From Caecitellus pseudoparvulus (taxonomy: Eukaryota > Protista > Bigyra: Bicosoecida), in contig CBFFRQ010000082.1 of the NCBI GenBank assembly GCA_965644315.1, forward strand, positions 1 through 16,228: a DNA stretch of 16,228 nt, given 5' to 3'. The stretch's first letter is position 1. The number at the start of each line of letters is the position of its first letter. Position numbers and translations under genes: made by a program. Under the pieces are notes generated by a model. The model searched no databases and had not been told where the DNA came from. It saw nothing but the letters and a program-made list of their open reading frames with translations. This document shows positions 1 through 9,400 of this stretch, one piece after another.

Positions 1-77
1 AACTGCAGCTGGACCCTGTCTGCACCGCTCGAGGCTGAGAATGAATGTCCCTCTTTGTTGGGGTACTTGAATGCCAT
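1..77 (-). CDS. Possible 5' end of a divergently transcribed gene running off the left edge (MAFKYPNKEGHSFSASSGADRVQLQ...)
   Basis: Minus-strand ATG at 77-75 in a good Kozak-like context (atcATGg; -3 A, +4 G). The frame is open for 25 codons to the window edge and lies head-to-head with the 324 gene, 246 bp apart. It is too short to recognise a product and could be chance. Confidence 0.25.
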   Translation of the reverse strand, partial: MAFKYPNKEGHSFSASSGADRVQLQ

Positions 78-323
78 GATTTTTCGCGTTGGAAGTGTCG
101 CTCCAAGTATATCACACCGTGCGCTTGCAGAGTGATGCACAGCACAGTCGAAACCACAACAACGAAACTCAAGATCAACACCCGAGCTGAGAGCTGGGGT
201 GGCGCGTTTCTGGAAGATCACTTCTTCCTCACGCACAAATCTCTGAGTGGGGCAACGTTGTGGACCAGACCGCGAAAGTGCTCACCAGGCAGGACTCAAG
301 TTTGCTACAAGGATACTTGAAGC

Positions 324-2741
324 ATGGCGAGTGTTGAATCTGAGTGCGATGTGCCGACTCCAAGTGCCGAGTGGTGGTGCCAGGAGCTCCTTGGCTTGGC
401 AGAGGCGGTGAAGGCCGATGGCGTGGTGGCGGAACTTGCTCAGCGTCTGGGAAGCGCCTTCATTTCCCACTGCAAGACTGACCCCGTTGACAACCTTCAA
501 ACCGCACTTTCAGGCTTCGAGTGTGCAGTTCTTTCTGCTCCAGCGAAGGGGCTGGATGCAGGTGACCTGGCGATCGCGCTGGCGCACGTCGCAGTGTGTG
601 CCGCTCCTGCGAGCCAGAGCAAGGCTGTGCAGCCAGAGCGAGTCTTCGACTGCCTGTCGTCTGCTGACAAGTCAGCCCTTCAAAGCAAGGCTGGTGTTGT
701 GTTCGATGTCATCACCAAGGCACAGCAGGAATCTCTCCTTACAGCCGCTGAGCGAGCTCTTGGCGTGCAGTTGCAGGGGCCGGAGCTGACTGGCTTTGCG
801 CGGGGCTTGCTGCATTCGTACCGTCAGAACCCCCCCGGGCGAGGAAGGCAGGCGAAGGACTTCATTTCATTGGTCACGAATAAAAGCCGCAACTTGTTTG
901 GCAAGGTAGATGCCCAAGCCTTCCTCGCCACCCTTCTGAGGTCAAACCGGATGGGCATGGTGAGCCGGGTGATCGCTGCCGCGCCAATCGAAGCACCCGC
1001 CGGAGCAGAGTTCCCCGCCAGCCAGTCGGCGTTGCAGCACGCTATACTCAGCGAAGTGGAGCAGTCTTTGAAGGATTGGTCCTGTGACCATGCCGTGCAG
1101 AAGGCTGCGCTGAAGTGCATGAAACAGTGGAAAGTGCACGTGGACGCATTTCCCACCCTCGCCCACGCTGCAAACAAGGCCGCTCTGAAGTTCGCGGCCA
1201 GTGCGCGGAACCCTGATGTCCTCTCCGGGTACTTGTCGGCCTTGCCTCCCCATTGGCGGGAGAAGTCACTCAGATGGCTGCAGGGCCGCATCAGTGCAAG
1301 TGAGAAAGAAAGCAAGACCTCTACGCCAGGCCAAGCAGCCGCTCCAGAGGAGAGCACACCTTCTTCTCAAGCTAGGGAAGCTGCATCGCCTGCGTGCACC
1401 CCGATCATGTCCACTCCAACTGCCGCAAAGTATCGCGAACAGTCCGCTGTTGGCGAAGATGAGGACAGTGATGCAGCCGGCGGTGGTGGCGACCAGGATC
1501 ATGTTCCAGACCGACTACAAACAACGCCAAAGCTCGCGAAGACTGTGACGAAGCAAACGCAAAACGCGCGACTGCTGCGACTTGAGCGGCTGCTGTCTCA
1601 AGAGGGGGGCGCCATTGCGAACATTCAACGTCTGTGTGAAGAAGAAGCCCCCGCACCAGAGCCAAGCAGGCTTGTCCATTGGTGCAGTGAGCTGGCGCCA
1701 AGCGAGTCGGCTCTTTTGCATGGCGTCCCTGTTGGGTTCGCGTGCGCTTCTCCGGGCGAAGCTGACGATAGACTGCACCGCGTGCTTGAGCAAGGTTCGC
1801 TGGCAGGGTTGCCACAGCCCGTCCTTGGCCGCCCTGCGACTGTCTGCAATGACGGGCGGTGTGTGCTGCCTGAAAACTTACCTGTGTATTGGGTAGACAC
1901 TTTGGACGCACTGGTTGCACTGTCAGACCACGTCCCGCCAGCATGCCCGGTGGGCTTCGACGCAGAGTGGACCATGGGCATGGGGCTGCTGGACCTGCAA
2001 GGTGGGAGCATCGCCTCCCGGCGCAGCGATTGCGCATGCTTGCTCCAATATGCGTGGCCAACAGGAGTTGCGCTACTTGATTGGAAAGCCCTCGTCCAGG
2101 CGGCAGAGACGGACACTCAAGCATCTGAGGCCGCACCGGCGGCTGTCGGCAGCGGGGAAACGAGCTGCTCTGCTTCCGCACAGGCGGTGCAGAAGCTCTT
2201 TGGGCCTTCCCATTCACACATCGCCAGCTTTGCAGGAAGCGGTGATTGCGGCATGTTGTCAGGGAGTCCCTTGGGTGTCGCTTTCACGAAACTGGCGTCT
2301 CAGACAAATTGGTACGACACAGACAAGGAGTCCAAGCGCCTGTTCCAAGCAGTGGACGCTGTGCAGAAGCAGCTCCCTGCATCTGCTGCGAGCATCTTGC
2401 TCCAGCCTTTGCCCGAGAAACCACCACAATCGCTCACAGCCACCCATGACTGGCTTGTAGGCGGTGGGATGTGCAAGTTCTGGCAGGTCAGCGACTGGCT
2501 GCGTCGACCTTTGTTGCCAGGCCAAGCTCACTATGGAGCCTTGGATGCATATGGAACTCTCATGGTCTGCCAGGTCCTTCTTGAGGTTGAGGGTGCCCTC
2601 AAGGAGGCTGGTCTGCCTGTGGATTGGGCCGGGCCGCGGAAGGCAAGCAAGAAGGGAGACAAAGCCAAGTACAAGAAATGGCACCGCAAGGGTGGCGCAA
2701 GGCGAGGTCGTGGAGGAGGGCGCGGCCAAGCTGCCAAGTAG
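324..2741 (+). CDS. Mut-7/EXD3-like 3'-5' exonuclease (DEDDy, WRN/RNase D superfamily), 805 aa
   Basis: ATG context agcATGg. The C-terminal domain (about 1881-2590) has ExoI VGFDAEW (D546, E548; nt 1950-1970), the LLQ strand (CLLQYAW), ExoII IASFAGSGD (D641) and ExoIII WQVSDWLRRPLLPGQAHYGALDAY (Y737, D741). This matches the Mut-7/EXD3 pattern SxWxxRPLxxxQxxYAALDAY. The N-terminal half looks helical, followed by a disordered acidic/Pro-Ser linker and a K/R/RGG-rich tail. Orthology is not established, so no symbol is given. Confidence 0.88.
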   Translation: MASVESECDVPTPSAEWWCQELLGLAEAVKADGVVAELAQRLGSAFISHCKTDPVDNLQTALSGFECAVLSAPAKGLDAGDLAIALAHVAVCAAPASQSKAVQPERVFDCLSSADKSALQSKAGVVFDVITKAQQESLLTAAERALGVQLQGPELTGFARGLLHSYRQNPPGRGRQAKDFISLVTNKSRNLFGKVDAQAFLATLLRSNRMGMVSRVIAAAPIEAPAGAEFPASQSALQHAILSEVEQSLKDWSCDHAVQKAALKCMKQWKVHVDAFPTLAHAANKAALKFAASARNPDVLSGYLSALPPHWREKSLRWLQGRISASEKESKTSTPGQAAAPEESTPSSQAREAASPACTPIMSTPTAAKYREQSAVGEDEDSDAAGGGGDQDHVPDRLQTTPKLAKTVTKQTQNARLLRLERLLSQEGGAIANIQRLCEEEAPAPEPSRLVHWCSELAPSESALLHGVPVGFACASPGEADDRLHRVLEQGSLAGLPQPVLGRPATVCNDGRCVLPENLPVYWVDTLDALVALSDHVPPACPVGFDAEWTMGMGLLDLQGGSIASRRSDCACLLQYAWPTGVALLDWKALVQAAETDTQASEAAPAAVGSGETSCSASAQAVQKLFGPSHSHIASFAGSGDCGMLSGSPLGVAFTKLASQTNWYDTDKESKRLFQAVDAVQKQLPASAASILLQPLPEKPPQSLTATHDWLVGGGMCKFWQVSDWLRRPLLPGQAHYGALDAYGTLMVCQVLLEVEGALKEAGLPVDWAGPRKASKKGDKAKYKKWHRKGGARRGRGGGRGQAAK

Positions 2742-3245
2742 CAGGGTCGTGTTTTAAGGTGTGGGGCTGCGAATGTGGGAGCCGGACGAGTGTGGCTTGA
2801 GTCACACTCAAGTGTCGAGCAAAGCTGAATGCTTGTTGTCGCCACGAGCACTCAGGTCGCCATCGACGCGCCTGCTGCACAGGGCTCCTGCCCGATGCTT
2901 TGAATAGGTGGCCAGCTTGGTGTTGGAGGTCGTGCTCGGGCGGGGCCGCGAAGCGGTGTCTCGTGGTCCCTGAAGTGCCACCGGCTCCACGCAGTTTGAA
3001 GCGCTTGACCGCCACCTCGTCGAGCCACGCAAGTGTGCTTTTCAAACACAATTCAACCCATGACACGATGCTCAGTCGCCAAGCAAATTACTACAAATCC
3101 CTTTTCAGCCATCGAGCTTCGTTGTAGCTGTTTTTGTTGGCTGGACGAGACGCTTGAAAGGAGCGCTTCCAATCGTCGCAGAGCGACGCACACACGTGTC
3201 GGACTTGAGACGCCCCACGTCGATACAGCGCAAGACAGACGCAGC

Positions 3246-5726
3246 ATGCGTCGCTATGGGTTGCTTCTTGCGGCGTTCTTAACGGTATGCAGCGCTGGAA
3301 AGCCTGCACCTCTCCTCTCTCAAGTTGAGCCGCACCTGCACTTGAGCATGGCAGCTTTCCATCACGGAGACTTGGGAGTGGCTTTGGCTGCGGCCAAGGC
3401 TGCGGTGCGGATGGCCCCCCTTGACGCGATGGTGCACTCAGCTTTGGGGGACATTCTCACGCAGCATGGCATCCAGGCCCACAACAAGAGCAACCACCAG
3501 GCTGCATCGCGCTTCTTCCGTGCTGCGGTGACGCACCACCTTCGATCAGCGAGCCTGGGGGCGCCTTCGTTTGCGTCCGCTCTGGCAGACACTCGGACGC
3601 TTCTGGACAAGATGATCACACACACGCCATATGCTGTGGGAGGGGCTTTGTCCATCTTGACTGGGCCCTGGGTACAAGCGGTGTTGGGCAAGGGCTCCCT
3701 AGTTGAGGCTTTGCAAGAGCACGCGATCGAGCAGCAAATGCTCAGTGAAGGCGCCTTGCAAGAGCTGCAAGACTACAGAGACTACAAACAACGCCAAGCC
3801 GAGGCGAATGGCTTCAATTCGTCTCAGCTGCTGGTCGGCATCGAAGCCAGCGGGCCCAACGCTTGGCTTCCCAACGTGCCAGAGTCAGCATTCAAGGAGT
3901 GGGCAGCGGCGGAAGAGGTGCCCCTGGGTCCACAGGCTGCTCTGGCGGCAGCTTTGTTCGACAATGGTTACATGCGCAAGGCAGTGCAAATGCTGTGCAA
4001 GCCCGACCTGCTTACAGTGAACGTGACGGCAGCGTCTGGCCTGTCCCTCGGCATTGCTTCAATGCCGCCAGCACAGGTCCTTCAAGCGACCACCGCCTTG
4101 CGTGTGTGTGGTGTCGTGCATTTGACGGGTGCAGTGCCCCCCACATTCACCGCTGCCGTTCGCAAGGCAGTGCGAGAGGGGGAGGGGGGGGTGTCTCCTG
4201 AGCAGCTCCTGCAGCTGCTTCAGGCTGACGCCGCCATCGCCAACCCCCTTGTTCACCCGGTGCTGCATCGAGCCATGCAGACCGACTTCTCCACTGTCTC
4301 GCAAGCATATATTGAGGCCGCAGACGACCCTCAGTATGAGGAAGAGCTGCGGGTTGTGCAGAGACTCTCAGCAGACTCGGGAAGCCTGTTCTCACTGGAG
4401 GACCTGCAGGCACCAGCAAGTGGCGCTCTGACAGCCCAGCGCCTCATGTCAGTGTTTGGACCTCCACATGGCGATACCCTTCACCGGGAGAAGGTGCGAT
4501 TCGTCAAGGCTGGGCAGTCCAGCGGGCGTCTAGACGCTGTTGGGGCCAGTGTCACCGCGCGTGGTGCAGCGCAGGACACACGCGGCCCAAACCTCAGCGT
4601 CGACTTCGTGCCTGTCAATGGGATGGTTCCATGGCCACGAAGCCGCAAGACCAATGCCACTGCCCTGGGCCGCCAGCAGGCCGGCTTGGCCTCCGGCGCC
4701 TGGGCTCTGTCGGTTGCACAGTACGCGGCCGCGATGTCCCACACGCAGCACGGATACCTTTCCACAAGCTCCCAGCTGCCAGCATTCATGGTACACGCAG
4801 TGTTCCCACTGGGGGCAGACACTGCCACGGACAAGCGGCTGGACGCAGCAGCTGCCACGAGCCACGCCGAAGTGCCCAAAGCCGCAGAGGGCCGTGATCC
4901 ACCCACTGCAGACGGTAGTGACGCACGAGCAGTGCCAGAAGCATGGCAAGTCGGCAACCCCTCCCCCGGCAAGGCACCCATTGCAGTGGCCGTCGTGCCA
5001 GGATCACACATCGTGTGCATGCCTGACGTCCGGGCCGCAGCCACTGCCACCTCCAAGCACGTCAAGCCCATGCACCCCACCAAGCAAGTGCCCACGGCCG
5101 AGTTGGCCAGCCTCTGCCCTGAGGCCCTGCCCAAGCTCGTCACCCTGCACGTCAAGCGCGGTGACGTCTTGCTCATGGACTCGCGGCTGGACCGCGAGAT
5201 CCGCCGAGGCCCTGGTGCAACGAAGCTAGCCCACAGCCAGGCCTTGCATGTGCTGCACACCCAGCCCTGGCCAGCTGCACAGCCCGGCCACCTGCCGGCA
5301 GTACTGCAGAGTGGTTCAGCGCACGCCAGGCACACTCTGAGTCCGTTGGCTGCCAACACCACCTACCACGCCACGACAGCGAACGCGACTGCAGCAGAGC
5401 GCATTGACCCCGACTCACCTCTGGCGCCACAAGCTGCACACCTGGATGACCTCAACGCGCTGGAGTACGGCTCCACACTGCACGTCGGCATGTTGCCTCC
5501 TGACGCGTACTGGAAAGCGGCGCGAGCGGCAGACAACAGGCTTCGCCGAGCCGAGCAGAACGCCACTACCCTGCATCCGGGTGCGCGGAGTGCAGTGTTG
5601 CCGCTGCACCTGCCGCTGCATCGCTGGTACATGTCATCGGGAACGGGTCCAGGAGACGAAGGCTGCTCGGCTGAGGATCGACGAGCTGGTACGTGTGCGT
5701 GGAGCCAGCACGCCTCGGGTAAGTGA
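3246..5726 (+). CDS. Secretory-pathway protein with TPR-like repeats and a degenerate PhyH-like 2OG-Fe(II) dioxygenase fold (about 826 aa)
   Basis: The ORF track starts at a GTG (3033). ATG 3246 (agcATGc) gives a typical signal peptide, MRRYGLLLAAFLTVCSAG. TPR-like segment: HLHLSMAAFHHGDLGVALAAAKAAVRMAPLDAMVHSALGDIL (about 3333-3460). PhyH-family motifs occur in order: LRVCGVVHLTGAVP (about 4098), HAVFPLGAD (about 4794), VVPGSH (4992-5009), LHVKRGDVLLMDSRL (5145-5189). The 3' end may be altered by an intron at 5719. Confidence 0.72.
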   Translation: MRRYGLLLAAFLTVCSAGKPAPLLSQVEPHLHLSMAAFHHGDLGVALAAAKAAVRMAPLDAMVHSALGDILTQHGIQAHNKSNHQAASRFFRAAVTHHLRSASLGAPSFASALADTRTLLDKMITHTPYAVGGALSILTGPWVQAVLGKGSLVEALQEHAIEQQMLSEGALQELQDYRDYKQRQAEANGFNSSQLLVGIEASGPNAWLPNVPESAFKEWAAAEEVPLGPQAALAAALFDNGYMRKAVQMLCKPDLLTVNVTAASGLSLGIASMPPAQVLQATTALRVCGVVHLTGAVPPTFTAAVRKAVREGEGGVSPEQLLQLLQADAAIANPLVHPVLHRAMQTDFSTVSQAYIEAADDPQYEEELRVVQRLSADSGSLFSLEDLQAPASGALTAQRLMSVFGPPHGDTLHREKVRFVKAGQSSGRLDAVGASVTARGAAQDTRGPNLSVDFVPVNGMVPWPRSRKTNATALGRQQAGLASGAWALSVAQYAAAMSHTQHGYLSTSSQLPAFMVHAVFPLGADTATDKRLDAAAATSHAEVPKAAEGRDPPTADGSDARAVPEAWQVGNPSPGKAPIAVAVVPGSHIVCMPDVRAAATATSKHVKPMHPTKQVPTAELASLCPEALPKLVTLHVKRGDVLLMDSRLDREIRRGPGATKLAHSQALHVLHTQPWPAAQPGHLPAVLQSGSAHARHTLSPLAANTTYHATTANATAAERIDPDSPLAPQAAHLDDLNALEYGSTLHVGMLPPDAYWKAARAADNRLRRAEQNATTLHPGARSAVLPLHLPLHRWYMSSGTGPGDEGCSAEDRRAGTCAWSQHASGK

Positions 5727-5799
5727 GTGCAAGACGTGGCTGAATGTTTGTGTGTATGCAATGAATCTGGGAGTGACCTTTGAACGGCCACATGCGCAG
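5719..5799 (+). other. Candidate 81-nt spliceosomal intron spanning the apparent stop codon of gene 2
   Basis: Perfect donor G|GTAAGT at 5719, T-rich interior, branch-like TGAC (A5776, 23 nt from the end) and acceptor GCGCAG|G at 5799. Splicing would give the C-terminus ...QHASGAQELAILAAEHP* (TGA 5838-5840). Confidence 0.4.
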
Positions 5800-6462
5800 G
5801 TGCTCAGGAGCTTGCTATTCTCGCAGCAGAGCACCCATGAAACGCGCATGAAACAGCACGACACTTCGGCGCGCCGTGTGCACGCTAACCTTCCTGCCAA
5901 CGGACAGCTCACGCATAAGCGAAGGAAATAAGTGCAATGATTCGAAAGAGCTGCTTAACACTGCAGACAGGTCAATAAAGAGCTTTTCAGCTGGCGCAAA
6001 GTCTCCTCTAACAGTGCTCTTCATTGCTCCCACCAAACAGGCTGGTGCGGAGATGGTGGAGGAGGACACCGTGTCCGCCCTGCCGCTGCAGCAAGAAGCT
6101 ATCAAGCGCCCAGACAATTTTCTCAAGACAGGTCACTGCCGCTGTGAACTAGCGTGCCGAGTACGTCGCTGTAAGCAGCTTTCACACCCGCATGGTGCTG
6201 CCGAGGAGTGGCCTCGCTCTCGCAGCGAGCCCGCCGCCGCCGTCGATTGGAGCTGCCGCAACGCTCGACTACAAATAAACTGCACGGCACCAACAGAAAG
6301 CCCGGCACAAGATAGGATCGACAGCAAAGTACTGCGATCATTAAATTCGTCCTCTGTGCGCGCGCTGTTGGATTTCCTGAGGACTCCTCGCGCAGCCGCC
6401 GCAGCGGCCGCTTGGCGTGTTTGTCACGCTGGCCGGAAACACCAAACAGCTGAAGGCGCACC

Positions 6463-9400
6463 ATGGTGCTAGGTGGAGCCCCAGCACAGGGACTCTTGTA
6501 CCTTGTGTTGGTGCTCTTCGGTACTTCCGCCCTTGGGCTGTTCGTGCGGCAGCACGGCCCAGTGAGTGCAAGCTTGCTCCTTGCCTTCTGCACTGCCTTT
6601 CGCTTCAAGCGCCCGTCACTGGGCACGTGTTCACGGCACCGCGCGCATCGTGCTCAGGATGGGGAAGCCCAACCTCCTCTACATGTCAGACTCTCGCCTG
6701 AAGCTGCCACTTCCTCCCCTCCACTGCGCCGGGCGCTGTTTCAGGCGCCTGCACACTTGGGCAGAGGTGAGAGGTCGCTGCGCGCACCTGGACCCTGTCC
6801 GCGTTTCCAGCCCACAGAGATGCACCAGCACATAACACTGCACTTCTTGTTGCACAGACTTGCCGTTTGAAGATGTTGACGCCATCCTGGATCACGACGT
6901 CAACGCCATCAACGCCTCGCATCCTGCGCTGCTGGCGGCTGCTGCTGCCATCAACGCCAGCATGGCCATCACAGGACTGGGCAGCGCCATGGACCTGGGG
7001 GCAGACTACGACGGTGATGGGGCCCGGGACTGGATCCTGGGTGCGCCCCTGCTTGCTGTGGGGGGGCGACAGGTGGGTGGAGTGTTCTTCCTCTCGGCAA
7101 TGGGTGGTCCACGAGGCGTACCAGCTGAGCGCTTGTGGCAGGCTGGAGATGACTTGGCCACGTCCAACGTCACCATCGTGTCCCTGACCTCCACGGCTGG
7201 CAACGCCAACATCACCGAGCTGGGTGGCACCAGCTTCAAGCCTGCCTTTGGCGCGTCAGTGGCTTTGTTGGGGGATGTGGACAGCAACGGGTGGCCTGAT
7301 GTGGCGGTGGGCGCGCCAGGGGACGTGTTCGGGAAGGACGCCAGTGGCGGGCGGGTTTTCATCCTGTTCATGGGTGCAGGGCCACGTGTGCTGCGGTACA
7401 CTGTCCTGGACCGTAAGACTGTGCCTGGTCTGCGGCCCAGCGCTTTCATCGGGCAAGCTCGCCTGGGCCACAGCGTCGTGGGGCTGCGCGACCTGAACTC
7501 GGACGGCGTGCCTGACCTCGCCATTGGCGCACGCACGACACGGCACACCTGGCTGCGGGTGCCGTTTGCCCGGGGCCCTGAGGTGCTGGTTGTATTCTTG
7601 GACCAGTATGGGCAAGCTCGCAACGTGACACACCTGCACAACCTCGTGGAGGGCGGAGGGCACCAGTACAGCCCCTTCAACCCCCAGGCCGAACACTGGG
7701 GCGAAACACCACCCCGCAGACCAGACGGCACGACATTCGATCGGCAGTACAACGAGCACCACGATGATTGGTTCGGGCTGAGTCTGGCGTACTTGGGGCG
7801 AGGCGTGCTGGCCATTGGCGCTCCAGGCCGCCGCAACGCGGACCGCGCCATGCGCAGCCTGGACGGAACAGTCGTGTTGCTGACGTTGAGTCCCACTGGC
7901 ATGCCGACACGGCTGCACTTGATTGACAACGGTGCCTTTCATGACTTGCAGCTGGCCAAGGCGGATGAGAACCCTCAAATTCGCAATGGACTGGGCATGT
8001 CCTTGGCAGCTGTTCCGCCTGCGAACGGCGATGGCACGATGGACTTGCTCATCGGCGCGCCGCCTACTGCGTTGCTGGTGCCGTTAGATGATGCCTTTCG
8101 GCCCAGTGGGGAGTACTTCAGCCTGAGCCTCGAAGGCGTGCTGTGGCGCCCCAACGCGACTTTGGGGGACACCGTGCCGTCCACACTGCAGGGCCTGCGC
8201 GAAGGGTCAGCTCCAGGCGCGTGGCAGACATGGGCAGCTGGCATGGTGGCGGCGTGGACAAGGGATGACGCGCCACCTGCTCTGGCTGGGCGGGAGGCTG
8301 AGCCGCCACAGCTGAATGCTGCCCTGCAGCTGGCCATCAGCTTGCCAGGTGTGCTGTGGAGCGAGGAGCAACCCACTCGACAATGTGGCTCCTATCTGCC
8401 AACGTACTCAAGTACTTGGACAATGTCGACCCTTGTCTACTGTCCTTCCGCGTCAACAGTTGATCCCGACAGTGTATCCGAGTTTGCCGAGTCCATCCTC
8501 TTCACAGCCCTGCGCTTTCCTCCTGCACCAACACTGGCGTCGCAGCTGGGAGGTGACGAAGAGCAAGGGCCAGCTGTGCTGCTCACAACCCCCACATTCA
8601 TTTCACCTGCCGTGGAGGAGGCCCTCCTTCCCAACGCCAGCAATTCTGAATCGCTGCCACTTCATGATCGCTGGGAGTACGCTGAGGAGGCAGTGTTTGG
8701 CTCCAGTGTGCTCGCGTTGCCGTTCTTGACAGAGGCGCCTTGGCCATCTTGGCTGGAGCCCCAGGGTGACGGAGTTCCCTCTAACAACGACAATCTGCCG
8801 TGGGAGGAGGGGCATGCAGGGAAATGGCACAAGAAAGGCATCCGCATCCTGCTGATTGGCGTGGAGCAGGTTGGCGAGGCAAGTTCTGGCACAGTGGGGC
8901 TGTTGCAAGTGGCGTACGATGCGACTGCGCGCCAAGTGATCGCGTCGCACATGGTGGCAGTGAACCAGACTGCAGTTGGCACAGGGCTTTTGTCTGGAGT
9001 GAAGCTTGGCATGCTTCTGGGGTTTGGTCGCTGCATGGCCTTTCTGCGCGCTCAGCAGAATGACGGGGATACGTGGACCAGGCCGCGAGGGTCGGGGAGG
9101 TTAGTTGTCGCTGCGCCAGAAACACAGCTGGTGAACTCCACCCAAAAGGGAGCGTTGGTTTCCATTCCCGTCACTGGCTTCGAGGTGCAGCCTTCTCACC
9201 ACCCTTCTGGGGGAATGACTGTGATGTCGCCTGAGATGTTCACGAGCATTGAGCCGTATATTGGCCCCATCGCGGATGCAATGACGGTCATCCGCACACC
9301 TCACTGGGACAACATGAAACAAACCGAAGTGGCCGTTGCTGCATCCCCATCAGAAGTATCCTTCACACCATTCGGCGCACTTGCGTTTGTGAGCGCCAGT

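Noticed and set aside
45-320. 91-aa ORF upstream of the exonuclease
   Set aside because: No recognisable motifs, and it lies in the presumed promoter/5' region.
3033-3245. 71-codon N-terminal extension of gene 2 from GTG 3033 (or ATG 3060)
   Set aside because: Non-ATG or weak-context start, lower-GC noncoding-like sequence, and it would bury the signal peptide that begins at ATG 3246.
4178-4192. G-rich run (GGGGGAGGGGGGGG) as a slippage site or G-quadruplex
   Set aside because: It encodes EGEGGV in an intact frame with PhyH-like motifs on both sides, so no frameshift is needed.
5157-5165. RGD tripeptide in gene 2, next to an integrin-like gene
   Set aside because: It is part of the PhyH scaffold motif xxGDVLL, so there is no basis for a ligand-receptor link.
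6905-6958. 12-nt direct repeat GCCATCAACGCC (6905 and 6947)
   Set aside because: Only two copies, both encoding AINA(S) in frame. Not a CRISPR repeat or target-site duplication.
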